Under the pieces are notes generated by a model that did no database searches, was not told where the DNA came from, and saw only the letters and a list, made by a program, of their open reading frames with translations. Position numbers and translations under genes: made by a program. From NCBI GenBank assembly GCA_020352775.1, contig CP070684.1, positions 47,302 through 111,301 of the forward strand: DNA of 64,000 bases. Direction: 5' to 3'. Below, one piece after another: positions 26,395 through 38,278 of this stretch. How positions within the stretch are numbered: position 1 is the first letter of the stretch; every line of letters begins with the position of its first letter. Source of the stretch: Candidatus Omnitrophota bacterium. GTDB lineage: Bacteria; Omnitrophota; Gorgyraeia; Duberdicusellales; 4484-171.

Positions 26395-27348
26395 ATGAAG
26401 AGAATCGCAATTTTGACAAGGGATTGTGCAGGGGTAAATGCGGCGATTCGCGCTGTAGTACGCACCGCCGCGCATTATAAAATGGAAGTAATGGGTATCC
26501 AGAGAGGATACCAAGGCCTGATCGAAGGCGACGTTATAAAATTAGGCCATCGTTCTGTCTCAGGAATAATTAATTTGGGCGGAACTGTTCTTAAGACCGC
26601 GCGTTCCAAAAGATTTTTGACTGAAGAAGGACAAAAACAAGGCGTAAAGACTTTAAAGGATAACGACATCGAAGGATTGATTGTAATTGGCGGAAACGGT
26701 TCTCTAACCGCCGCCCATATTCTGGCCGCTAAGTATGCTATCCGTGTAATCGGGGTGCCGGCAACAATTGATAATGACATAAACGGCATTGATTTATCCA
26801 TTGGAGCAGATACTGCGGTCAATGTTGCGTTAGATGCCCTAGATAAAATCAGAGACACTGCCATATCTTTAGAAAGAATATTTGTGGTAGAGGTTATGGG
26901 CCGTGATTGTGGCTATATTGCGCTGCGGGTTGCTCTGGCTGGAGGATGTGAAGACGTTATTTTACCGGAGAAAGACTTTGATATTAATCGGATGTGTGAA
27001 GAAATCACCGAAGGCAATGTCAGTGGAAAGGTAAGCTGGATAATTACGGTAGCTGAAGGAAAAGCAAAAGCCGCTGATATCGCAAAACAAATAACAAAAG
27101 GTACTGGCCTGGAAACAAGAGAAGTTGTCCTAGGTCACATTCAAAGAGGAGGCCGACCCACAGCTTTAGATAGAATTTTAGCCGCACGCATGGGAGCTCA
27201 AGCAATAGAGCTTTTAAAGAATGGCGAGACTGATAAATGCGTAGGATTAAAAAACGATGAATTTTTCACTGTTTCTTTAGGGAAAGCAATCAAAACTAAA
27301 GATATCAAGGTAGATAGTTATTATAAATTGATAAAAGTACTCACTTAA
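26395..27348 (+). CDS. pfkA: 6-phosphofructokinase family protein with atypical nucleotide-site motifs
   Basis: 317 aa; 'PATIDNDI', 'VEVMGRDCG', 'LGHIQRGG' conserved; but 'LTRDCAGVNAAIR' replaces 'LTSGGDAPGMNAAIR' and 'GGNGS' replaces 'GGDGS'. Confidence 0.8.
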   Translation: MKRIAILTRDCAGVNAAIRAVVRTAAHYKMEVMGIQRGYQGLIEGDVIKLGHRSVSGIINLGGTVLKTARSKRFLTEEGQKQGVKTLKDNDIEGLIVIGGNGSLTAAHILAAKYAIRVIGVPATIDNDINGIDLSIGADTAVNVALDALDKIRDTAISLERIFVVEVMGRDCGYIALRVALAGGCEDVILPEKDFDINRMCEEITEGNVSGKVSWIITVAEGKAKAADIAKQITKGTGLETREVVLGHIQRGGRPTALDRILAARMGAQAIELLKNGETDKCVGLKNDEFFTVSLGKAIKTKDIKVDSYYKLIKVLT

Positions 27349-27366
27349 AGAAAGGAAGGAGACATA

Positions 27367-28770
27367 ATGGTTTATCACAATGAAACAGAATTACTCAACA
27401 ACAATGTAATTACAGTAGAAGGCGGTAAAATCAAAATCAAAGACCTTCAGACTTTCAGGGCAAAAACAATCGACGACATTGCTGACACCATCATCCTGGG
27501 AGAATCTGCGCATGTAAAAAGGCTTTGCTACTGGGTAACTTATGAGGCGGCTCTAGGACTTGGAATTATCCCCACATCTATCCAGGAACTTTATGAAGCC
27601 CGCGGAAAAGGAGAAATAAAGGGTTTTACTGTTCCGGCGATGAACATACGCACCCTTACTTATGATATCGGCCGGGCAGTATTTAGATCCGCAAAGAAAA
27701 TAAATGCCGGAGCGTTCATTTTTGAAATCGCAAAGAGTGAAATCGGTTATACCGACCAAAGGCCCTTAGAATATGCCTCAATCTTGCTTTTGGCCGCAAT
27801 GAAAGCGGGGTTCCAAGGTCCGGTGTTTTTCCAGGGAGACCACTTCCAGGTAAAAGCAACTAATTACCTAAAAGACAAAGATAAAGAAATAAATCCTTTA
27901 AAAGAACTCATTAAAGAAGCAATCGAAGCTGGATTCTACAACATCGATATTGACTCTTCAACTCTGGTAGATTTAGACAAGCCTACTATTGATGAACAAC
28001 AGAAACTCAATTATGGAGTCTGTGCGCTCTTTACTAAATTTATAAGACGCCTCCAGCCCAAAGGTATTGAGGTATCAGTAGGGGGAGAAATCGGAGAAGT
28101 AGGCGGCAAAAATTCAACCCCCGAGGAATTCCATGCCTTTATGAAGGGCTATCGTAACGAGGTGGGTGAGCTAAAAGGGATTTCTAAAATGAGTATTCAG
28201 ACCGGAACCAGCCACGGTGGAGTGGTTTTGCCGGATGGAACAATCGCCAAAGTAAAAATAGATTTCGACACCTTAAAGAGTCTTTCTGAAATCGGAACAA
28301 CAGAATACAAACTATCCGGCTGCGTGCAACACGGTGCTTCCACTTTACCCAATGAGGCATTTCACCGTTTTCCAGAAGTAGAATGCTCTGAAATCCATCT
28401 TGCCACTCAATTTCAAAATATCGTATACGATTATCTGCCCATCTCGCTCAAAGAAAAGATTTATGACTGGTTACATCAGAATTGCGCAGACGAGAAAAAA
28501 CCAGAGCAAACTGATGATCAGTTTATCTACAAGACACGCAAAAAAGCCTTGGGGCCGTTTAAAAAAGAAATTCATTCCCTCACCAAAGACATGCGCGAAA
28601 AAATATCAAGCGTGTTGGAGAAAGAATTTGATTTTCTTTTCAGCCAACTGAATATAAAAGACACTGCAGAAATTATTAAAAAGTACGTAAAGCCGGTAGC
28701 GGTGCAAAAGTCTAAAGATGAATTCTTAAAAGAGGAAAAAGAACTGGGCAAATTAGAAGGAGCAGATTAA
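27367..28770 (+). CDS. Class II (metal-dependent) ketose-bisphosphate aldolase family, long form
   Basis: 467 aa; 'FQGDHF', 'NIDIDSS', 'GGEIGEVGG', 'QTGTSHGG', 'VQHGAST' line up with class II FBA catalytic motifs; extra C-terminal region. Confidence 0.7.
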   Translation: MVYHNETELLNNNVITVEGGKIKIKDLQTFRAKTIDDIADTIILGESAHVKRLCYWVTYEAALGLGIIPTSIQELYEARGKGEIKGFTVPAMNIRTLTYDIGRAVFRSAKKINAGAFIFEIAKSEIGYTDQRPLEYASILLLAAMKAGFQGPVFFQGDHFQVKATNYLKDKDKEINPLKELIKEAIEAGFYNIDIDSSTLVDLDKPTIDEQQKLNYGVCALFTKFIRRLQPKGIEVSVGGEIGEVGGKNSTPEEFHAFMKGYRNEVGELKGISKMSIQTGTSHGGVVLPDGTIAKVKIDFDTLKSLSEIGTTEYKLSGCVQHGASTLPNEAFHRFPEVECSEIHLATQFQNIVYDYLPISLKEKIYDWLHQNCADEKKPEQTDDQFIYKTRKKALGPFKKEIHSLTKDMREKISSVLEKEFDFLFSQLNIKDTAEIIKKYVKPVAVQKSKDEFLKEEKELGKLEGAD

Positions 28771-28783
28771 AAAGGAGAGTTTA

Positions 28784-30439
28784 ATGCGTTCAGACAAGAT
28801 TAAAAAAGGTTTAGAGAGAATGCCTAACCGGGCTCTTTTGTATGGCGCGGGATTACATCCTTCCCACATGAATCGTCCCTTTATCGGCATTGCATCTTCT
28901 TTTACTGATATTATCCCGGGCCATATCAACATGCGCACCTTGGAGCGCTATATTGAACGCGGCATTGAAAACGCAGGGGGAACTCCTTTTATTTTTGGAG
29001 TGCCCGGAATCTGTGATGGTATTGCCATGGGCCATGAAGGAATGAAACAATCTCTTCCTTCCCGGGAATTAATCGCAGATATCATTGAAAATATTGCCAG
29101 CGCTCATGCTCTTGACGGTTTAGTGCTTCTTACCAACTGTGACAAAATCACTCCGGGAATGATTATGGGGGCGCTACGCATCAACATCCCCACAATCGTA
29201 GTTACTGCGGGGCCAATGCTTGCCGGCCACTTCGGTAAAAAAAGACTCTCTTTGGTACGAGATACCTTTGAGGCAGTAGGACGTGCTAAAGCAGGAAAAA
29301 TTACTGAACAGGAAAGAGAAACTCTTGAAATCGAAGCCTGTCCCGGCTGCGGTTCCTGCCAGGGGCTTTATACCGCTAATACTATGGCCTGCTTAACTGA
29401 AGCAATGGGGCTTTCCTTACCATATTGCGCCACTTCTCCGGCAGTGTTGAATAAAAAGCTAAGAATTGCCTATGAAAGCGGCCAACGGATTGCTACCCTT
29501 ATCAAAAACAACGTAACCCCGCTTAAGATCGTAAATAAAAATGCCCTAGAGAACGCCATACGCATTGATATGTCACTAGGCGGTTCAACCAATACTGTGC
29601 TTCATCTTATGGCAATCGCAAGCCAGGCCAAGATCAACTTAAACTTAAAGGATTTTGACAGAATCAGCAAGCAAACTCCTCATATATCAAGCTTACGGCC
29701 CGGCGGGAATTATTTTATGGAGGATTTAGATGTCGCAGGAGGAATCCCAGCAGTATTTAAGCGCCTTAAGGATAAGATCAAAAGCAATCCCACAGTCTGT
29801 GGCAAAAAAACAAAAGACATCGCAAAAGATGCAGTGATTTTTGATGAAGATGTTATCCGACCCTTAAACAAGCCAATTCATAAACAAGGAGGAATCGCTA
29901 TTCTTTATGGAAATTTAGCATTACAAGGCTGCGTGGTAAAGCAATCCGCGGTAGAACCCAACATGATGAAGTTTGAAGGGAAAGCCAATATCTTTGACTC
30001 TGAAGAAGAAGCAATGAAGGCAATACTTAGTTCAAAAATAAATAAGGGTGATATTGTAGTAATAAGGTATGAAGGCCCCAGCGGAGGACCGGGCATGAGA
30101 GAGATGCTTTCTCCCACCGCAGCCATTGTCGGAATGGGCCTCTATAAACATGTGGCTTTAATTACTGACGGTCGTTTCTCAGGAGGCACACGCGGTCCCT
30201 GCATCGGACACATCTCTCCAGAGGCAGCGCAAGGCGGATTACTTGCCTATCTTAAAAATGGAGACAAAATCCTGATTGATATACCAAAAAGAAAGCTCGA
30301 GGCGCGCGTAGGGAAAGCGGAAATCGAAAAAAGAAAGAAGACTATGGGCTTGGCCGAACCCAAAGTAAAATCAGGATACCTATACCGCTATTCGAAAATG
30401 GTCACTTCTGCATCCACTGGGGCGGTTTTTAAGGAATAG
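28784..30439 (+). CDS. ilvD: Dihydroxy-acid dehydratase
   Basis: 551 aa; '[11 protein letters not shown]', '[11 protein letters not shown]', '[10 protein letters not shown]', 'CPGCGSC', '[13 protein letters not shown]'. Confidence 0.95.
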   Translation: MRSDKIKKGLERMPNRALLYGAGLHPSHMNRPFIGIASSFTDIIPGHINMRTLERYIERGIENAGGTPFIFGVPGICDGIAMGHEGMKQSLPSRELIADIIENIASAHALDGLVLLTNCDKITPGMIMGALRINIPTIVVTAGPMLAGHFGKKRLSLVRDTFEAVGRAKAGKITEQERETLEIEACPGCGSCQGLYTANTMACLTEAMGLSLPYCATSPAVLNKKLRIAYESGQRIATLIKNNVTPLKIVNKNALENAIRIDMSLGGSTNTVLHLMAIASQAKINLNLKDFDRISKQTPHISSLRPGGNYFMEDLDVAGGIPAVFKRLKDKIKSNPTVCGKKTKDIAKDAVIFDEDVIRPLNKPIHKQGGIAILYGNLALQGCVVKQSAVEPNMMKFEGKANIFDSEEEAMKAILSSKINKGDIVVIRYEGPSGGPGMREMLSPTAAIVGMGLYKHVALITDGRFSGGTRGPCIGHISPEAAQGGLLAYLKNGDKILIDIPKRKLEARVGKAEIEKRKKTMGLAEPKVKSGYLYRYSKMVTSASTGAVFKE

Positions 30440-30458
30440 AGGCAATTTAAATTCATTA

Positions 30459-32258
<1,800 letters not shown>

Positions 32259-32262
<4 letters not shown>

Positions 32263-32717
32263 AGGAACGCATATTAAAAATATCCTGGGGATTAGCAGTT
32301 CTTCTTATGCTTGATTTAATTAAGCCATTTAGCTATTGGCTATACACCGAATTTCTTTTCTTGGGTATTATTTTTCTTGCCTTAAATTATCCTTTGCGTG
32401 TTTCATTTATGTTGGCCTGTGTATTCGGATACCTGCGGGGCTGCCTTTCATATCCAGTGAGCTCTTTAAGCCTGATTGAATTTGCGCTGGGAGTTATTTT
32501 AGTGCATTATCTAAGAGCGCGCTTTCAACAAAGAGCGGCCCGCATCGGGATTGTTTTTGCAATGCTGGCTGTCCATGTAGGACTCAACAGTGCTCAAAGG
32601 GGAGGGGCTGCAACTCTCTTTATACTTTTATTTTTTATTCATTCTTTCTGGGTATTTGTCCTCCTAAACTATCTATTTCGAAAATGGACCAGAGTTTCGT
32701 TAGAAGAATATATTTAA
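32259..32717 (+). CDS. mreD: Rod-shape-determining protein MreD
   Basis: 152 aa polytopic membrane protein in the canonical mreBCD position; call is mainly positional. Confidence 0.6.
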
Positions 32718-34381
32718 GCGGTTTTTTGGTCCTGGTAATCTCCCTTTTCTATTATCAGGCGCTGAAAGGCAATTACTTTTTAAAACGCGCCGAACACAAC
32801 TATGTGCGCGCTATCCCTATCCGATCCCTGCGGGGTTCGATTCTGGATAGAAATTCGGTTCTCTTAGCCTACGATAAAGCCTCCTTCAATATCGCAGTTA
32901 TTCCTCATCAAATCAGAAAAAAGAAAGATATTTTGTTTAAACAACTTGCGGAATTCCTAAGCTACGACGAAAAAATAATCCAGGCCAATTACAAAAGAAG
33001 CTTTTCTAATCTGTTCAGCCCGGTTGATGTAATCATCGATATCGATAAAGCGCAAGCCCTGGAAGCCAAAGAATACTTTTCAGGTGATATCCTTATCAAT
33101 CCCCAGCCACAGCGCCATTACAATTTCTCCTATGAATGCGCGCATATATTAGGGTATGTCAAAGAAGCTGCCTCTTTCTATGAAAACTTAAAAAAATATG
33201 GCTATGCGCCCAATGAACGAGCGGGCTTTTCCGGTATTGAGCAATATTACGATGCTTATCTTAAAGGAGAAGACGGGGGAGATTTAATTGAAGTGGATTC
33301 TTCGGGTAAAATTGTCGGCTTTCTGGGAGAGCGAAAAGCATTTGGCGGAGAGGATATAAAACTAACCATTGATTCCCGCATACAGGAAATTGCATATAAA
33401 GCACTTGAGGGAAGACGGGGAACGCTAATCCTTATGGATGCGCAAAGCGGTGAAGTACTTGCCCTTATTTCGTCTCCCTCCTTTGACTCTAATGCTTTTG
33501 TACGCGGCAAAAACGTAGCTAGATTCTTAATGGACAAAAAAAGGCCTTTGCTTAACCGTGCGATTCAATCGTCATACCCTTTAGGTTCTACCTTTAAACC
33601 CATTGTGGCAGCTGCAGCTTTAGAAGAAGGAAGATCCGCGCCGGAAAAAAAATTCACCTGCAGAGGGCGCCTTACTTTAGGCCGGGCGACATTTGAGTGC
33701 TGGGCTACTCACGGCCCCGATGACCTTTATGAGGCTTTTGCGCATTCCTGTAATGTCTATTTTTATAATCTGGGAATGGTTACCGGACCTGAGTTTATAG
33801 GAAAATGGGCACAAAAATTCGGTCTTAATGTTGCGACTGGAATTGATTTACCTTACGAAAGAAAAGGATTTGTCCCCACCCCGGAATGGAAACGCAAAAG
33901 GCTAAAAACTGCCTGGTACGGAGGGGACACCCTCAATCTCTCGATTGGTCAGGGGTTTCTGGAGGCTACACCGCTTGAGGCCCTTGTCGCAATCAATGCC
34001 ATTGCCACCGACGGATATCTGGTCAAACCCTATCTAATCAAAGAAATGAATAAAGTTGAAGCCTCCGCTATTACAAAAAGTTTTGTGGGAATATCAAAAG
34101 AAAGTATCGATGAAATAAAACACGGTCTAAGGGCAGCGGTAGAATTTTCAGACGGTACCGCATATGAGCTCAACCGCCTCAACTTAGAAATCGCAGGAAA
34201 AACAGGAACCGCCCAGACAAAGGGACTGTCGCACGGTTGGTTTGTTGGCTTTTTTCCCTATGCAAAACCTAAATATGCGTTTTGTGTGTTTGCGGAAAAC
34301 TGCGGCTCAAGTTCAGTGGCGGTAGACATCAGCTACCAATTCCTTAGATGGCTGCAAAATAAAAACTTAATAGAAAAATGA
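32684..34381 (+). CDS. mrdA: Penicillin-binding protein 2 (elongasome transpeptidase)
   Basis: 565 aa; N-terminal TM, 'GSTFKP' (SxxK), 'SCN' (SxN), 'KTGTAQ' (KTG). Confidence 0.9.
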   Translation: MDQSFVRRIYLSGFLVLVISLFYYQALKGNYFLKRAEHNYVRAIPIRSLRGSILDRNSVLLAYDKASFNIAVIPHQIRKKKDILFKQLAEFLSYDEKIIQANYKRSFSNLFSPVDVIIDIDKAQALEAKEYFSGDILINPQPQRHYNFSYECAHILGYVKEAASFYENLKKYGYAPNERAGFSGIEQYYDAYLKGEDGGDLIEVDSSGKIVGFLGERKAFGGEDIKLTIDSRIQEIAYKALEGRRGTLILMDAQSGEVLALISSPSFDSNAFVRGKNVARFLMDKKRPLLNRAIQSSYPLGSTFKPIVAAAALEEGRSAPEKKFTCRGRLTLGRATFECWATHGPDDLYEAFAHSCNVYFYNLGMVTGPEFIGKWAQKFGLNVATGIDLPYERKGFVPTPEWKRKRLKTAWYGGDTLNLSIGQGFLEATPLEALVAINAIATDGYLVKPYLIKEMNKVEASAITKSFVGISKESIDEIKHGLRAAVEFSDGTAYELNRLNLEIAGKTGTAQTKGLSHGWFVGFFPYAKPKYAFCVFAENCGSSSVAVDISYQFLRWLQNKNLIEK

Positions 34382-35472
34382 CTACCTTACAAGCTAGATT
34401 TAGATTAACGCCCTCAGCCACGCTCATCATCTGTATAATATTTCTGAACGCACTCAGTCTTATTTCTCTTTATAGCAGCCTGCACCAAGGCGGCAAATTT
34501 GAGCAGTATTCGGTCTTCTATCGCCAAGTCGTTTGGATTGCACTAGCCTGGATCTTTTTGATAATCTTTTCTTTTATTAACTACCGACTCTATTATGACT
34601 TAAGCTTTATTATTTACGGCCTTAATATAATATTGCTTCTCTGGGTTCTTGTTTTTGGAAAAGAAGCAATGGGAGCTCAACGCTGGATTAGATTCCTGGG
34701 GTTTAATTTCCAGCCCTCGGAATTATCTAAGATCACAACTATTCTTATCTTGGCGCGTTTTTTCGCAAGTGAAAGAATCAGAAGATCTTTCAGAAAAGAT
34801 GTGCTGCTGCCCTTAGGATTGGTGGTTTTTAATGCCCTCCTAATTTTTAAACAACCGGATTTAGGCACTGCCCTTATTCTTTTTGTTCTGTTTTTTTTGA
34901 TGGGAATCTTTTCACGCCTGCCCAAAAAATACTTTATTTTGCTTTTAATCGCAGGTCTTGCCCTAGCACCGATTGGATGGAAGTTTCTTAAGGATTATCA
35001 GAAAAAACGTTTAATTGTATTCATTGATCCCAACGTAGATCCCTTGGGAGCAGGATACACTATTATTCAATCAAAAATAGCAATTGGTTCTGGCGAGATT
35101 TTCGGTAAAGGATTTCTTTCCGGCACCCAAAACCAATTTAACTTTCTGCCGGAGCGTCACACCGACTTTATCTTCACAGTGATTGCGGAGGAATGGGGAT
35201 TTATGGGCTCACTCTTTTTGCTTTTTATCTACTGGTTGATATTAAAAAAGATTTTAGACCTGGCCAAAGACTCACATGACCGGTTTGCGCGTCAGGTTCT
35301 AATAGGGATGAGTGCTCTATTTTTTGCACATATTTTTATTAATATCGGAATGACCTTAGGAATTCTTCCCGTGGTGGGTCTACCGCTTATTTTCTTAAGC
35401 TACGGAGGCAGCAATCTTCTCATAAATTTTATCCTAGCCGGCATAATCATAAATATTGCCCGTTCAACCTAG
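34378..35472 (+). CDS. rodA: Peptidoglycan glycosyltransferase RodA (SEDS family)
   Basis: 364 aa; 'QPSELSKI', 'QPDLGTAL', 'LPERHTDFIF', 'LSYGGSN'. Confidence 0.9.
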   Translation: MTTLQARFRLTPSATLIICIIFLNALSLISLYSSLHQGGKFEQYSVFYRQVVWIALAWIFLIIFSFINYRLYYDLSFIIYGLNIILLLWVLVFGKEAMGAQRWIRFLGFNFQPSELSKITTILILARFFASERIRRSFRKDVLLPLGLVVFNALLIFKQPDLGTALILFVLFFLMGIFSRLPKKYFILLLIAGLALAPIGWKFLKDYQKKRLIVFIDPNVDPLGAGYTIIQSKIAIGSGEIFGKGFLSGTQNQFNFLPERHTDFIFTVIAEEWGFMGSLFLLFIYWLILKKILDLAKDSHDRFARQVLIGMSALFFAHIFINIGMTLGILPVVGLPLIFLSYGGSNLLINFILAGIIINIARST

Positions 35473-35502
35473 CATAAAACCAAATACTAAAGACCAAGAC
35501 TA

Positions 35503-37131
35503 ATGATGGATTTTGCGCAATTCAGGAGACCACAAAGATATATCGGAAATGAGTGGAATGTGATTAAAAAATCACATAAAGGGCGCATTCCAGTATGCAT
35601 TGGTTATCCGGATCTTTATGAGCTGGGTATGAGCAACTTAGGCCTGAGAATAATATATAGTATTCTTAACGAAGAATCTGATATAGTCTGTGAGCGGGTG
35701 TTTATGCCCTTTGATGATTTATCGCAGTATTTAAAAGAAAATGATCAAAGGCTCTTTTCTTTAGAATCAAAAACCCCTCTAAATCAATTCCAGGTTTTGG
35801 GGTTCAATTTCAATGCGGAGTTAAACTATACAAATTTTTTGCATATCTTGGAATTAGGCGGTATTCCCAGATACTCACACCAAAGGAAGGACGTAATTGT
35901 TTTAGGCGGAGGAGTGGTTAATCCTGAACCAATTGCAGATTTTATTGATATATTTGTGTTAGGAGAGTTTGAGGCAATTTCGAATGATCTCATTAAGATA
36001 TTACGCTCAACAAGTTCTAGGCAGGCAAGGATAGAAGCCTTTTCCCAAACCCCAGGATTTTATATTCCGCAATTATATTCAAATAACTTAGAAAATAACA
36101 GCTATTTGTTTAAACCACTTAATGAAAAGGCGCCTAAATCTATTAAGCGGGTATTTGTTAAGGATTTAGATAATAGCTACTATCCCACTAACTGGCTCAC
36201 CCCCCACACAGCGATTATTCAAGACAGAGTTCCGGTAGAGATTGCGCGGGGATGCCCTAATCTTTGTACATTTTGTCAGGCAAGAAAACAGTATTATCCC
36301 TATCGGCAAAGAAAGCCCCAAAAAGTAAAGGAAATTATAAAGAAGATTTATAAATCCAGTGGCTATGAAAACTTCTCATTATTATCCTTATCAGCATCAG
36401 ATTATAGCTATATGCAAGAGCTGCTAGATGGTGTTTTAGATTATTTTAGAGAGCAAAGGATTGGGCTATCTTTACCATCTCTAAGAATCGATGATTTATT
36501 AGGTCCTTTGCAAGAACGGCTGCAAAGGCTTAAAAGCAGCTCCTTAACCGTAGCAGTAGAAGCTGCTCAAGATAAATTACGTAAAGATATTCAGAAAAAC
36601 ATTGATATAAAACAGTTATTTGAAGCAGCAAAAGTATTACACTCATTTAACTTTAAGCAGATTAAGCTTTATTTTATGTATGGATTTCCTAATGAAACCA
36701 ATGAAGATATTATTGCAATCGCAGATATGCTTAAAGAATTACTTGGCAAATCTAATCTTAAAATATCTGCTAGTGTAAATGTCTTTATGCCTAAGCCAAT
36801 ATCTATCTGGGAATCACAAAGCCTAGAAGATGAAAAGATATTGGAGGAAAAAAGAGCGTTGTTGTTGAACTCATTGCCGCGCTCAAAAAGATTAGATGTG
36901 TCACTTCCTTCAACAAAAAGTACTATTTTAGAGACGTTACTTGCACGGGGAGATAGAACAGTGGGTAAGGTTATTGAAAATGCTTATCGTAAGGGTGCGC
37001 TATTTTGCGGGGATAATGAAAGATTTAAGTGGGCACCGTGGAAAAATGCAATAGAAGAAGAGGGAAGTGCGTACCAGAAAATTTTGAAAACACAAACAAG
37101 TAATTTTGCCTGGTCCTTTATTGATAAATAA
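35503..37131 (+). CDS. Radical SAM protein (TIGR03960-like, B12-binding-like N-terminal domain)
   Basis: 542 aa; 'EIARGCPNLCTFCQA' CxxxCxxC cluster motif; followed by a DUF2344-type gene, as in the known fused or adjacent pair. Confidence 0.8.
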   Translation: MMDFAQFRRPQRYIGNEWNVIKKSHKGRIPVCIGYPDLYELGMSNLGLRIIYSILNEESDIVCERVFMPFDDLSQYLKENDQRLFSLESKTPLNQFQVLGFNFNAELNYTNFLHILELGGIPRYSHQRKDVIVLGGGVVNPEPIADFIDIFVLGEFEAISNDLIKILRSTSSRQARIEAFSQTPGFYIPQLYSNNLENNSYLFKPLNEKAPKSIKRVFVKDLDNSYYPTNWLTPHTAIIQDRVPVEIARGCPNLCTFCQARKQYYPYRQRKPQKVKEIIKKIYKSSGYENFSLLSLSASDYSYMQELLDGVLDYFREQRIGLSLPSLRIDDLLGPLQERLQRLKSSSLTVAVEAAQDKLRKDIQKNIDIKQLFEAAKVLHSFNFKQIKLYFMYGFPNETNEDIIAIADMLKELLGKSNLKISASVNVFMPKPISIWESQSLEDEKILEEKRALLLNSLPRSKRLDVSLPSTKSTILETLLARGDRTVGKVIENAYRKGALFCGDNERFKWAPWKNAIEEEGSAYQKILKTQTSNFAWSFIDK

Positions 37132-37132
37132 T

Positions 37133-37480
37133 ATGCAGACACAAAAATTTCCGATATCCATTACATTAAGGAAAAGGGATGAGATGATTTACTTCTCACA
37201 GCTTGATCTGATACATATATTAGAAAGGGCATTAAGAAGAACTGATTTACCGATTTATTTTACCCAAGGTTATAATCCTCATGTAAAGATAAGCTTTAGG
37301 AGCGGGCTAAAATTAGGAGTTACGGGCAAAATAGAAGTAGTGCTATATTTTAGCGAAAAAGTTGATAGAGAAAGGGCTATCCAAAAATTGAAAGAACATC
37401 TCCCGATGGGATTAAATATACTCAAAGGTTCGCAGATGAGCTTGAAAGAAATAAATAAATTACGCAGGCAGGCGAAATAA
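37133..37480 (+). CDS. Short DUF2344/TIGR03936-like radical-SAM-associated protein
   Basis: 115 aa from the ATG at 37133 (the track ORF from 37106 overlaps the upstream gene); 'YFSQLDLIHILERALRRTDLPIYFTQGYNPHVKISF' matches the N-terminal half of the family. Confidence 0.6.
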   Translation: MQTQKFPISITLRKRDEMIYFSQLDLIHILERALRRTDLPIYFTQGYNPHVKISFRSGLKLGVTGKIEVVLYFSEKVDRERAIQKLKEHLPMGLNILKGSQMSLKEINKLRRQAK

Positions 37481-37506
37481 AGCTAAGAGGACGACCACCG
37501 AAAGGA

Positions 37507-38088
37507 TCAACGCACAATAAAGCGGTTCTTCGCACTTTTGGCTCCGAAAAATTCTTTGGTGAACTTCTTCGCTAACTCATGATCGTAAGCTTTACAGGAG
37601 AAGATATTAATGTAAGCCGTGCCCCAAAACTCAGAAAAATGGCCAGTGATGGAACTGGTCTCAATTAGCTGAACTAAAGAGTATCCTTTTGTAAATGCTT
37701 CTTTTTCTCCAAAATAAGGGATAAGGGCTTTGCCGTACTTCTTCATTTTGATGAGTTTGCAGAGAGTGTCGACGTACTCTTGAAGTTTTTTCTGAGAAGA
37801 TATCACCGTTGAGTCACAGTCCCGCAAATCCAAAATAAGTTCGTACCCAAATACCTTATTTTTCATTTCATTTGTCTCCTTTTTTAAACAGTTTTTATGG
37901 TTAGCGACAGAAAAAGCTTGCGTATTAGCGCGCCGCTTTTTAAATTGCACATTTTCGTTTGTATCCGGTGATATTTTTTTGACTTCTGGAGGGAGAGTAA
38001 GGCAAGGTGCACACAAGGGTTCAGCCGTAAGGTGAACCTTAGTGCAACGCTTTTTTTCGTCAGTCACGCAATACTTTTTCGTTACCAT
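37507..38088 (-). CDS. SpeD/AdoMetDC-fold pyruvoyl-enzyme homologue; core from M75 (37507-37866) preceded by an in-frame 74-codon Cys-containing extension
   Basis: 'FGYELILDLRDCD', 'ETSSITGHFSEFWGTAYINIFSCK' align with class-1 SpeD 'ESHxxIHTWPEYGYAAVDVFTCG'; AAGGAGA lies 9 nt before the ATG at 37866. Confidence 0.65.
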   Translation of the reverse strand: MVTKKYCVTDEKKRCTKVHLTAEPLCAPCLTLPPEVKKISPDTNENVQFKKRRANTQAFSVANHKNCLKKETNEMKNKVFGYELILDLRDCDSTVISSQKKLQEYVDTLCKLIKMKKYGKALIPYFGEKEAFTKGYSLVQLIETSSITGHFSEFWGTAYINIFSCKAYDHELAKKFTKEFFGAKSAKNRFIVR

Positions 38089-38278
38089 CTCCTTTTCGTA
38101 TTCTTTTATTTTTGTGTTGCATAAAAATTAATATTTAAATAAAATTTCTAACTCAATTATTTTTATAGCACAGTTTTGTATCTCTTGCAAGAGTTTTTTA
38201 AGTTTTTTCTCTCTAGAATATTTCTTAGCTTGCCAAAATTTTTTAAATCAGACTTTCTCCTTAATAAATAGACAAAAG

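Noticed and set aside
24824-26864. Minus-strand ORFs 24824-25255, 25766-26092 and 26475-26864, and + strand alternate-frame ORFs 24510-24815 and 24861-25091
   Set aside because: They are antisense to or out of frame with metK, ahcY and pfk, whose identities are unambiguous. No independent signals support them.
38182-38199. Palindrome CTCTTGCAAGAG followed by TTTTTT, considered as an intrinsic terminator
   Set aside because: The stem is only 4-5 bp, and the U-tract is on the + strand, where there is no nearby upstream gene. On the minus strand it lacks a U-tract. Left unassigned.
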